Part shown: positions 49,301-56,908 of the stretch, one piece after another | Layout: every line of letters starts with the position of its first letter | How positions within the stretch are numbered: the first letter of the stretch is position 1 | DNA from: an uncultured Pirellulaceae bacterium | GTDB taxonomy: Bacteria > Planctomycetota > Planctomycetia > Pirellulales > Pirellulaceae | DNA length: 64,000 nt | Direction of reading: 5' to 3' | Assembly (NCBI GenBank): GCA_964478065.1 | Contig: CAYZGP010000003.1 | Location: 1,684-65,683, forward strand | The notes under the pieces: generated by a model | The model's input: the letters and a program-made list of their open reading frames with translations, nothing else | Told to the model about the DNA's origin: nothing | The model's database searches: none | Position numbers and translations under genes: made by a program

Positions 49301-50285
49301 TCAAGGTTGGGGCACTGCAAATGATTTCCATACAACGACAGCGGGAACGTCTGAGGGTTGGCTGATTCAGGAGATTGTGCTGACGGCGGGAACGTTGGAA
49401 CACTTCAGAGATGGCGTGTTGATTGACTCTCAAACACACACATTCAACACCGACGTGGCCAATGGTAATGGCTTTGTGATTGGAGCCGAGATCGACAGCA
49501 ATCCGTTTGTCGATCTGGACGTTGCGGAAGTGTTGCTCTACGACCGAGCGTTAGATAGTACCGATCGCCAAGCCGTTGAGTCTTATTTGTTGGGCAAGTA
49601 CTTCGGGGTCTTTAACACCGCGCCGGTAGCTAATGACGATGCTGCACTGGTTGTTGAGAACTCAACTAATGTTGTGATCGACGTTAAAGCCGACAACGGC
49701 AATGGCGTGGATACGGATCCAGAAGGCGATCCACTTTCGATTGTCGGCGTAAGCGTGCCGGACGAAGGTGGCACGGTTGTAATCAATGATAACGGAACGC
49801 CAGTTGATACGACCGATGATTTTGTCGAGTACACACCTGCCAGCGATTTTACAGGCGTGGAAACATTTACTTATGTGATTAGCGATGGAACGTTTGTTGA
49901 TTCAGCTACGGTTACGATTGATGTGATTGCGAGTGGGGGCTTAGAATTCAATGCCGGCAACGAACAGCCGGAAAGTGACAATTTAGATAGCAGGAATTCA
50001 CGTGCAGTTAACTGGGTCATTCCTTTCGAATTTGAAAATGTGAGTAGCGATACTCAATCGGGAATACAGAAAGCTGACGTAGGGATTGACCCTACTCAAG
50101 ACGCTTGGCGTGAATCCGACACCGCCACGCTGACTTTGAATGACTCGATAAATGCCGCGTCAATTGAGTTGGATGATCGTTTTGAAATCTATAACAAGTC
50201 GAAGGCCGAAAGGGATGGATTGCTTGATACGCTTTTTGAGGATACCCAATGGGACTTTGAAGAAGAAACTCAAAAATTGGTTTAG
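43365..50285 (+). CDS. Giant (2306 aa) extracellular protein: LEPRxLL motif, LamG-like domains, PQQ-dependent sugar dehydrogenase (GSDH) propeller, PKD, cadherin/Ig-like repeats
   Basis: RFERLEPRHFLT. GSDH motifs ERGLTDIALDPDF, NHWGGGLDFGPDGKLY, IWAYGLRNPF, EEINL...GANYGWP. PKD YVWDFGDG. Four LRLDA...W.DQSG.GN...FDG units. AP.ANDD...YTP...ETFTYTISDG repeats. Confidence 0.9.
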   Translation: MPRSKNSPSKRLRNNLKSNNRPGFSRKDAHSQSLRFERLEPRHFLTGVGNPVFHLEVDFGIHLEDGVVAEWHDSQSGNDHELVANGTRRPAFGTVQTPSGLDAIRFDGVNDRLIQTIDSGFIDLPDGNSDRTIFVVAQFHGASWDAGIGFGAGAPNETFGVAVEREGSATEGQFLVQGWGGGNDFISDESGFTDAGGGQSTGWVILAVTHDADNAGDSTQFYRTTSIDAGQEILSFDHDYNTNLSNGGLLNGNSASRFVIGEEISELGFTEIDVAAILVYDEALDAVDRGGVEEYLQQKYLVGDIQNQLVAGGLDQPTSLEVLPDGRILVLEKEGDIRIVDPTQDVPTAEPYLSITNVNSERERGLTDIALDPDFENNNYFYVYYHTDGADGDIPRARLSRFTNLGDNATLASEVVLWQDLDNSNLSPNHWGGGLDFGPDGKLYLTIGDKFLDPTDAQDPQSYGGKILRLNTDGSVPADNPFVGDDPDGFLDEIWAYGLRNPFRANWDIPTGRFFIGDVGGNVQETAFEEINLGVAGANYGWPGEEGFNTNAEFTDPIFAYDHSEPTPNGGAVAGGIVYRGELFSEQFEGAYFFGDFVQGWIRYLRFDENGGVIDADPSTPQLDAFELSDEPIAPVAIEVGSSGELLYLDFFTGELRQFVSGNLAPEIVEASSDIDQGLAPLVVNFTGLAEDPEGDDIQYVWDFGDGNQAFGANVSHTYAANGFYEATLRASDGFQTTVSEPVAITVGEAPAVTIVTPYEGQFFIAGETISLSGLATDDGELTEESYSWTIRFLHNDHTHPVLDGATGSNITFEIDRRGHDFSDETGFEIELVVTDSDGISTTETVAIFPDKVDVTFDTTFPGDLTFTLDGVPREGSFIHDTLINFEHTISVPVFANYNGDEYEFVAWSDGSTDSSYVFDVPDSDITLTAIYQNNGSSTSLPTDDLVLRLDAQNGVTVDGTGTVTAWTDQSGFANSLAATGDPTLIENELNGHDVIRFDGTGDSLRALTLNSFPEGNENRSLFVVARYDGVGYGGVSYGDNSLNETFGAIVDPSGNLTAQGWGSSNDFRTDVAATGEGWLIQELILTNGVLTHFRDAVLIDTQNHVFSTDVDNGNGFIIGAEIDSNPFIDMDVAEVLVYDRALSPTDRQQVENYLLEKYFSNSNSAPTANDDAFTVDESSVNNVIDVKADNGNGADVDPDGDPISIVAVGTPSLGGSVTINNNGTAVDTTDDFLQYTPSPGVVGTETFTYTISDGVLTSEATVTVTIDAADANNSAPVNTLPGTIVVEAPNAVVVSGVSIADSDAGGESVTSQLVVGTGTLEVTLVGDATISSGSNLSNDFTLLGTVADINATLASLEYTPQVGFLGTDQLTITTDDLGNTGEGGPLQDTDSVSILVVPGLPSADLVVRLDAQTGVSENENGVIGLADQSGFGNDLSGTGDPQRVVGGLNGLDYIEFDGSGDSLIRATGLNNLPEGNEDRSLFVVVRYDGVGFGGVAYGDNSFNETFGAIVNPNGFLTAQGWGTANDFHTTTAGTSEGWLIQEIVLTAGTLEHFRDGVLIDSQTHTFNTDVANGNGFVIGAEIDSNPFVDLDVAEVLLYDRALDSTDRQAVESYLLGKYFGVFNTAPIANDDAFTVDESSVNNVIDVKADNGNGADVDPDGDPISIVAVGTPSLGGSVTINNNGTAVDTTDDFLQYTPSPGVVGTETFTYTISDGVLTSEATVTVTIDAADANNSAPVNTLPGTIVVEAPNAVVVSGVSIADSDAGGESVTSQLVVGTGTLEVTLVGDATISSGSNLSNDFTLLGTVADINATLASLEYTPQVGFLGTDQLTITTDDLGNTGEGGPLQDTDSVSILVVPGLPSADLVVRLDAQTGVSENENGVIGLADQSGFGNDLSGTGDPQRVVGGLNGLDYIEFDGSGDSLIRATGLNNLPEGNEDRSLFVVVRYDGVGFGGVAYGDNSFNETFGAIVNPNGFLTAQGWGTANDFHTTTAGTSEGWLIQEIVLTAGTLEHFRDGVLIDSQTHTFNTDVANGNGFVIGAEIDSNPFVDLDVAEVLLYDRALDSTDRQAVESYLLGKYFGVFNTAPVANDDAALVVENSTNVVIDVKADNGNGVDTDPEGDPLSIVGVSVPDEGGTVVINDNGTPVDTTDDFVEYTPASDFTGVETFTYVISDGTFVDSATVTIDVIASGGLEFNAGNEQPESDNLDSRNSRAVNWVIPFEFENVSSDTQSGIQKADVGIDPTQDAWRESDTATLTLNDSINAASIELDDRFEIYNKSKAERDGLLDTLFEDTQWDFEEETQKLV
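46868..49625 (+). repeat. Apparently exact tandem duplication, unit 1380 bp (460 aa)
   Basis: 46868-48245 matches 48248-49625 in a line-by-line comparison with no difference seen. Shadow ORFs recur at +1380 (46823/48203/49583; 47781/49161). Confidence 0.95.
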
Positions 50286-50462
50286 GACTTGAATGAATCT
50301 CAATTTATTGAAATCGAGCAAAACCATTTTCAATGAAATCAATATTGCAAGTTGAGTTGGTGATTCCCTTTCGGTTGAACAGTGATATAAAGCTCTTAGG
50401 AGATCTTGATAAACAACTTTGCTTCCCACCTAATTGCAGGTCTTCTTTTCTATCCTCTTGAT

Positions 50463-50666
50463 ATGAGTAGCGCTATGGCACACAAAATTGCCAAATTGAT
50501 CCTTGAGCATGCCGATTCAATTGCGAATCGTACGACGGCTATTCAAAAGGCACTTGATATCGGTATGCCGTTAAGGGAAATTGAAAATTATCTTGATTGG
50601 TTGGATAGTATCCGCCAACCAGACATGTCAGAACCTGAGAAAGTGTCCAGTAAGAATCCAAATTAG
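50463..50666 (+). CDS. Small hypothetical protein (about 67 aa)
   Basis: MSSAMAHKIAKLILEH...AIQKALDIGMPLREIENYLDWLD. Helical, and resembles a small planctomycete family (recognition from memory). Confidence 0.6.
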   Translation: MSSAMAHKIAKLILEHADSIANRTTAIQKALDIGMPLREIENYLDWLDSIRQPDMSEPEKVSSKNPN

Positions 50667-51111
50667 CTTGGTTTCCATGAAAAATTAACTCAGTTGGTTT
50701 TTGCGAATTTTGTTTGAGCTTCGCCTTAGTTTTTCGCGAACCGCAGTTTTTTGAGAGTGTTTTTTGGTTATTTAAACCAGCACTCGTTCTTTGAGTACTA
50801 CATCACAAGTCGTTGCTCCTGCCTTGGTTGCGTTGTTGAACAACCAACTGTTGGACCGGAGCCTTCCCTATTTGCCGACTAAGAATCGCTCACAGCTAAT
50901 GCGCTGGGGGTCCGCGGACAATAGCTATTGGTGGGTCGGCTGGAGCGAATCCCAAGCAACGGTGCCAGTCTTGTGCATAAACGGATTTTGTCAGTCGAAG
51001 TTTAGCTGTTGATTTTAGGTTCCGAATCCCACCAACACTTGAATTTCCACTAAGGGTGATAGGGCTGAGCGGTCGCACTGCCTAGTTGATGTGTTTTTGA
51101 GAGGGGCCTAA

Positions 51112-52689
51112 ATGAACCAAATCGTAAGGCGAGCGAGGGTTCTTGAATCATCGGTGGGTGATCAACCGAACAAAGTGCAGTTGGATCGGGCGGACACGCA
51201 CCAAGTTGAATTCGATCGATCAGAATCGAATCGACGTGTTGCTGTCCAAAATATTGCGGGCCAAAGTGTAGATCGAAAATATTGGACTGAATCAACATTG
51301 CAGCTTGAAATCGCCGGTCCGGATGGCAAATTGGTGGTGGATTTGAATCAGCCATTCGTCAGAATCGGAAGTCATCCTGGTTCTGATGTTTGGCTTTCCC
51401 TGCCAGGTGTTGAGCGAAAACACTTGTACCTGCAAGTGATGAATGACCAAATCATAGGGCTCGATTTTGCAGCGACAGGGAAACACGGACGCCTGACAAA
51501 TAAGAATGGTCGCCCGATTAAGTGTGGCCCGTATTTGATTACGCCCTACGTTAAGCGAGTTCTGGCAGCGTCGGTTGAACGATCTTCTGGTCACGCAGAG
51601 TGTACTTCATCATCTTCGGCAAAAAATGAAACCAAAAAACGCAAGGAACATTCGAGTTCATCGCGTGGCAAATGCTCGCAAAACAATTCTCACATGACCA
51701 TCCCGTCTTTTCATGCCAAGATCAATCTAAAAGGCAAAGATGAGTTTTGCTATCCGTTTCCGAGTCAGTTGTTCTCTGTTGGTCGAAATTCGGCCAACAA
51801 AGTCGCTGTCAGGAGTCGTCATATTTCCCCATTTCACTGTGTGATCTTTTGCGACTTAAAAGATGTGTGGGTGATCGACTTGCTGGCCAACAATCAATCG
51901 CGGTGCAACGGAAAAGGGGTGGTTTGTGAGCGTATTCCTTCAGATGGCGTGCTTGATTTTGGTTCGGTCACAATGGAGTTCAGAAAAACCGAGCTTGATT
52001 CAGCCAAATGTGATTCAACCGAACTTGATTCAGCCTCGCAGCCATCAGCTGGTTTTGAACCCACGATCAGTGACGTGCATTGTGAAGAAGAATTGATGGA
52101 GGAGGCACTTCAAGACAGTACTTTACTGCATAATGAAAAAAACATCGCGCGAGTTGCTGACCCGAGAATTGTTGGTGCGTTGTTTAAAATTCTCGAGGCA
52201 CACATGGACGAAGTGCGTCGCGCCAAAGCGAAATTAGTAATCGATCAGAATCGCTTGTATCGAGAACGGGATGCCTTTGAAAAGCAATTGGCGTCCTGGA
52301 CCGATCTTCGCAAGCAACAAGCAAAAGTTCTTGAGATGATCCGCAACGATCATGATTTGCTGCGAGCTCGATTGGTCGCCAGTGAAGCAAGGCAAGAATC
52401 ACTTGCGTCGAACCATGTGAATCACCAAGTGGCCGAGCAAGCGCATTCTGAGCAGATGCATTCTGAGCAGACTCAAAACATGCATCAGGTAGCAAACCAG
52501 CCCAAACCGGATCAAGCTTCTATTCCAGCCGAACCGGCATCAATTCAGGCTGAATCAACAAAAACCAAAAATACCAAACCGGCCAAGGCAAGCGGTTGGT
52601 GCATTTGGAAACGTATTCCTCAAGCGGGCAATGCGGATGAGCGACAATTGGATGTGCTCCACAACATTGTTCGATTGGGGCGGGGTTAA
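51112..52689 (+). CDS. Tandem FHA-domain protein with C-terminal coiled coil
   Basis: FVRIGSHPGSDVWL...VERKHLYLQV and FSVGRNSANKVAVRSRHISPFHCVIF...VIDLLANNQSRCNG. Coiled coil at about aa 365-430. Confidence 0.8.
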   Translation: MNQIVRRARVLESSVGDQPNKVQLDRADTHQVEFDRSESNRRVAVQNIAGQSVDRKYWTESTLQLEIAGPDGKLVVDLNQPFVRIGSHPGSDVWLSLPGVERKHLYLQVMNDQIIGLDFAATGKHGRLTNKNGRPIKCGPYLITPYVKRVLAASVERSSGHAECTSSSSAKNETKKRKEHSSSSRGKCSQNNSHMTIPSFHAKINLKGKDEFCYPFPSQLFSVGRNSANKVAVRSRHISPFHCVIFCDLKDVWVIDLLANNQSRCNGKGVVCERIPSDGVLDFGSVTMEFRKTELDSAKCDSTELDSASQPSAGFEPTISDVHCEEELMEEALQDSTLLHNEKNIARVADPRIVGALFKILEAHMDEVRRAKAKLVIDQNRLYRERDAFEKQLASWTDLRKQQAKVLEMIRNDHDLLRARLVASEARQESLASNHVNHQVAEQAHSEQMHSEQTQNMHQVANQPKPDQASIPAEPASIQAESTKTKNTKPAKASGWCIWKRIPQAGNADERQLDVLHNIVRLGRG

Positions 52690-52887
52690 AAAAGTGGTGC
52701 CAACGGTCGGTGTCAGTCACATCGACGATCGGTCAACGCACCACTGGCCACTTAATTCGGGCACGCGCTGGCTGGCTATAGCCATTGTGTTTCAAGTTGG
52801 CTTGGTGATTCAATCTTCTGGCGATCCGAACTAGAATAGTAGTTTGTGGCCAGCCAATGATCCAAGTTTAACTCCGAGAGTAACAAC

Positions 52888-55050
52888 ATGACTAAGCGAT
52901 TTGACTTTCTTTGTTTGCCATTCGCAGTTCCACTATTTGCAGTTACAGCAATCTTTTTGACCGGCACCTGCGCAGTCGGGTTTTGCCAGGAAACTGATTC
53001 GGTTGTCAAGAAATCAAAAGACGAGAATTCAGCAGAAGAGAAGCCGGCAATCGATGACGCGCACTTTAGTCCGCTGGATGTCTTTGAATTGGAAATCGTA
53101 CGCGATACACAAATCTCCCCTGATGGTCGTCGGATTGCTTACGTCCGTCAGTATTTTGACATCATGACGGATCAAAGTCGCGCTGGAATTTGGATGGTTG
53201 AACCAGATGACAATGCATCAGGCGGCGAAGCAAATTTGCCTCTGCTCACGGGCTCGTCAATGTATATGTCACCTACCTGGTCTCCTGATGGCAAGCGGCT
53301 TGCTTATGTCACCAACGCCGATGGTTCGTCGCAAATTCACTGCTACTGGATCGATTCAAAGAGATCGGCTTCGTTGACACGACTGACGGAGTCGCCGTCC
53401 AGCATGAGTTGGTCACACGATGGGAAGTGGATTGCGTTTTTGATGCGCGTGCCAAAAAAGAAAAAGCCGTTTGCCAAGATGCCTTCTAAACCAGAAGGAG
53501 CCAAGTGGGCCGATTCCGCTGAAGTCATCACCAAACTTCGTTATCGAACCGACGGCGGCGGCTATGTCCGAGAAGGTCACGCGCAACTGTTCATCGTGAG
53601 CGCAGCGGGTGGCACTCCAAGACAAATTACCTCTGGACCGTTTAATCATGGCGGTCCGATCAGTTGGTCGCCTGAAAATGATCGGTTAATCTTTTCGGCA
53701 AACCGTCACGAAGATGCGGACTTCCAACCGTCCAATAGTGAAATCTATTCTGTCGATATCGCGGAGCGAAAAGTCACCGCGATGACCGATCGCAACGGAC
53801 CTGATTCTGGCCCGGTGCTTTCTCATGATGGAAAAACGATTGCTTACACTGGCTATGATGATCAACTTTTGGGCTTTCAGGCAAGCAAGATTTACATGAT
53901 GGATGCCGATGGCAGTAATAGTCGCGAAGTGGTTGGTGATCTGGATCGAAGCATCGGCGGATTGCAGTGGAGCCAAAATCCGAAAGGCGTTTTCTTTCAG
54001 TACGATGATTTTGGAAAGACGAAAATTGGCTTTACCGATTTAGAGGGGAAGGTTACCAAAGATGTTGCGACCGATTTGGTTGGTAGCGGCATTGGACGAC
54101 CTTACGGGGGCGGTTCCTTTACGGTTAGCAAGAACGGGACCATTGCCTATACGAGTGGTTCGACGCAGCGGCCACCGGATCTTTCCAGAACAAGCCTTGG
54201 CAGCAAGCCGGAAAGGATCACCGAAGTTAACGAGGATCTTTTCGCGTTCAAGACACTGGGCAAAGTCGAAGAGATCAGATTCAAGTCTTCGCATGACAAA
54301 ATCGACTTGCAAGGTTGGATCATTTACCCGCCGGACTTTGACAAAGACAAAAAGTATCCATTGCTGCTGGAGATTCATGGCGGGCCGTTTGCCAATTATG
54401 GAAGTCGCTTTTCTGCGGAGTGTCAGCTCTTTGCGGCCGCAGGGAATGTTGTCCTGTACATGAACCCGCGTGGAAGTACGAGTTATGGAGCTGAGTTTGC
54501 GAACCTGATCCACCATAACTACCCAAGCAATGATTACGACGATTTGATGTCGGGTGTGGACGAAGTCATCAAGAAAGGGTTTATCGACGAGGAGCGATTG
54601 TTTGTGACTGGCGGAAGTGGTGGCGGAGTCTTGACGGCTTGGATCGTCGGTTCGACCGATCGTTTCCGCGCAGCGGTTGTGGCCAAACCGGTTATCAACT
54701 GGTACAGCTTTGCGTTGACTGCCGATATGTACAACGTGTTTTACAAGTACTGGTTTCCAGGTTTTCCATGGGATCACCAGGAAGAGTACATGAAGCGATC
54801 ACCGATTTCGCTGGTTGGAAATGTCACAACGCCAACGATGTTGTTGACTGGGACAGATGACTATCGAACGCCGATGTCCGAAACAGAACAGTATTATCAA
54901 GCGCTGAAGTTGCGAAAAGTTGACACGGCGCTGGTTCGAATTCCCGGTGCCGGGCACGGAATCGCTTCCAGACCAAGCCGATTGATTTCGAAGGTCGTGC
55001 ATATTTTGAAGTGGTTTGAGATGCACGACAAATCGGATAAAGATGAGTGA
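52888..55050 (+). CDS. S9 family peptidase (acylaminoacyl/prolyl oligopeptidase) with PD40 propeller
   Basis: SPDGRRIAY and WSPDGKRLAY repeats, LLEIHGGP, NPRGSTSYG, catalytic GGSGGG / DYR / GAGHG. Confidence 0.95.
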   Translation: MTKRFDFLCLPFAVPLFAVTAIFLTGTCAVGFCQETDSVVKKSKDENSAEEKPAIDDAHFSPLDVFELEIVRDTQISPDGRRIAYVRQYFDIMTDQSRAGIWMVEPDDNASGGEANLPLLTGSSMYMSPTWSPDGKRLAYVTNADGSSQIHCYWIDSKRSASLTRLTESPSSMSWSHDGKWIAFLMRVPKKKKPFAKMPSKPEGAKWADSAEVITKLRYRTDGGGYVREGHAQLFIVSAAGGTPRQITSGPFNHGGPISWSPENDRLIFSANRHEDADFQPSNSEIYSVDIAERKVTAMTDRNGPDSGPVLSHDGKTIAYTGYDDQLLGFQASKIYMMDADGSNSREVVGDLDRSIGGLQWSQNPKGVFFQYDDFGKTKIGFTDLEGKVTKDVATDLVGSGIGRPYGGGSFTVSKNGTIAYTSGSTQRPPDLSRTSLGSKPERITEVNEDLFAFKTLGKVEEIRFKSSHDKIDLQGWIIYPPDFDKDKKYPLLLEIHGGPFANYGSRFSAECQLFAAAGNVVLYMNPRGSTSYGAEFANLIHHNYPSNDYDDLMSGVDEVIKKGFIDEERLFVTGGSGGGVLTAWIVGSTDRFRAAVVAKPVINWYSFALTADMYNVFYKYWFPGFPWDHQEEYMKRSPISLVGNVTTPTMLLTGTDDYRTPMSETEQYYQALKLRKVDTALVRIPGAGHGIASRPSRLISKVVHILKWFEMHDKSDKDE

Positions 55051-55063
55051 CGCTTGTGCGGAA

Positions 55064-55081
55064 TCGCTCGCGCGTCGGGCT
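55064..55081. repeat. REP-like half element after the S9 gene
   Basis: TCGCTCGCGCGTCGGGCT, similar to the motifs at 39246-39285. Confidence 0.35.
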
Positions 55082-55151
55082 TGTATTCTCATTTAATCAA
55101 CGCAACCTAGCGCTAACTGACCAACTTAGATCTAACTGAGCGACTTAAGGC

Positions 55152-55191
55152 AAAAAAATGACTGGCCGATGAAGAAGATCATCGGCCAGTC
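55152..55191 (-). terminator. Rho-independent terminator of the PEP-CTERM gene
   Basis: 13-bp perfect stem GACTGGCCGATGA / TCATCGGCCAGTC with an A7 tract on the left, which is a U-tract on the minus strand. Confidence 0.85.
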
Positions 55192-55276
55192 TCAGAGGAA
55201 ATCGAGTTGAAAGTCGAAGTCAATTCAACTTGATGGTTTACTTTGTGATGTCTGTTTGTTTACGACATACTTTGGT

Positions 55277-56029
55277 TTAGCGAATCACATTTGACTTGCG
55301 GCGTCGCTTGGGAAGCAGCATTCCCATAGCCAATACCGACCAAACCGCCAATGCGCCAGGTTCGGGAACTTGAGACAGTCTAGCGCTAAACGCTGTTACG
55401 TCTCCAGCGTCGTCATGCTCGATCAGAACGCCAAGTGCCAATGAGAACGAATCGTCACCTGCAACAATGTTGTCAGCGGATTCGTTAAAACTAAAAGCTC
55501 CGTCGGATGCGTAAGGGGCCTCATACTCTAACGCAACGCCTGGGGCATATACGTATTCACTATCAAAACTGCCTTCTTGATTGTCCGCATCAACAAAAGA
55601 CGCAAAGCTGACAGCACCAGTAGTTGTCCCGCCAAACTGAGTGTTAAACGTCCAAGTATTGTCAACGAAATCGGTGTCGATCAACCATAATTCCAGCGTG
55701 CCTGGAGCGCCTGATACACTGACAGAATTTAGCTGAAGTGTGTTGTTACCAATAGTCGGCGAACTGAGTCCAGTTGTAACGTTGACAGCAAAAGAGCCGA
55801 CTGATCCGTTGAATTGAACCTGTCCGGCATCGCTTGAGGTGTCGCCAATCGTCGAGGTCCAGGAACCTGTATCCGAAACTGCTCCGGATGCCAAGTCGTC
55901 GAGAACAACAACATCTGCCCCCGGCGTACTGATGTCATTGAGAATCAGCAGTAAAGAGGCGGGGGATTCTTGAGCAAGCAAGACCGTAATGATCAAACTT
56001 ACTGATCCCAGTAATATCTTTCTTAACAT
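55277..56029 (-). CDS. PEP-CTERM sorting-domain protein
   Basis: Signal peptide and C-terminal VPEPGALAVWSVLAMGMLLPKRRRKS. Confidence 0.93.
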   Translation of the reverse strand: MLRKILLGSVSLIITVLLAQESPASLLLILNDISTPGADVVVLDDLASGAVSDTGSWTSTIGDTSSDAGQVQFNGSVGSFAVNVTTGLSSPTIGNNTLQLNSVSVSGAPGTLELWLIDTDFVDNTWTFNTQFGGTTTGAVSFASFVDADNQEGSFDSEYVYAPGVALEYEAPYASDGAFSFNESADNIVAGDDSFSLALGVLIEHDDAGDVTAFSARLSQVPEPGALAVWSVLAMGMLLPKRRRKSNVIR

Positions 56030-56083
56030 TCTATTTTAAACCTGTTTAGTAATTTGTTTTAAAGTCTTCAAAATCGGGTCGCG

Positions 56084-56656
56084 TTAAATATCCAAGGGGA
56101 CTTTTAGCAATTCGAAGACCGGTGCATCCGGAAGCCAATTCCAATTTCTAAGCCGCAGCTCAGAGCTCAGATGAACCGGAAGCATTGACCGGGCGATTCT
56201 CGTGGTTGCACTTGAGGTTGAGTCTGGATTCTTTTTGGTCAGTCCAGACATGCTTGACCCATGGGTCAGAAGTTCGAAATTGTTCTTTTGCGTGCTACGA
56301 GGCTGACTTGGTTTTTTCGAAAAGAAATCTGAGCGGGCAACTTCGTTATGTTTAGCTTGGCCAAACCCATCACTCGATCTTTCCGGGTGCGACTGGATTA
56401 GAGTCGGATCGAACTCGGGCACCATGATACTTGCACTGCTGTGGTTTGGCGCAGCAAGTGATACTGCCGCCATGATCAATGCCAGCGCGATGGAAGGCCA
56501 GGCGCTTTTCCAGCCCTTTTGATCTGTATTCTGCGAGATGTAGTGGTTCAACTGCACGAAAAACGAGCTTTTAGTATGGAAATTCGGGTGTGTTATCGGT
56601 TTAGCGGGCTGTACGAGAGACCCGCGACTTAAAGCTTTGTCCGCAAAGCACTTCAA
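56084..56656 (-). CDS. Hypothetical protein upstream of the PEP-CTERM gene (start uncertain)
   Basis: Signal-like segment (WPSIALALIMAAVSLAAPNHSSA/SI), Ser-rich disordered middle, C-terminal WLPDAPVFELLKVPLDI. Stop lies 54 nt before the PEP-CTERM start. Confidence 0.55.
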   Translation of the reverse strand: MKCFADKALSRGSLVQPAKPITHPNFHTKSSFFVQLNHYISQNTDQKGWKSAWPSIALALIMAAVSLAAPNHSSASIMVPEFDPTLIQSHPERSSDGFGQAKHNEVARSDFFSKKPSQPRSTQKNNFELLTHGSSMSGLTKKNPDSTSSATTRIARSMLPVHLSSELRLRNWNWLPDAPVFELLKVPLDI

Positions 56657-56908
56657 ACTTACATATTTTTTCCAATGTGATTTTGGACGGTCTGGGGAAA
56701 AACTAAGTCGGGATTTTTGGGGAATGGCCGTCAGGATTTTGCTGACGGCGAATGATCCGAAGCAGACAAACGAACCTCAAGATTTGTGTCTGCAATTGAG
56801 ACGGCGCGATACGAATCAATTCCTCCCGCATCGCAAAAGAGACGTTCGCCATCGTGGCGTGTTGCACTTTTCGTTTTTCAGCATTAACCCATTCGTTCAG
56901 GTTTTAAA

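Noticed and set aside
52694-52744. Nested hairpin after the FHA gene
   Set aside because: Single copy, imperfect and without a U-tract. No class can be assigned.
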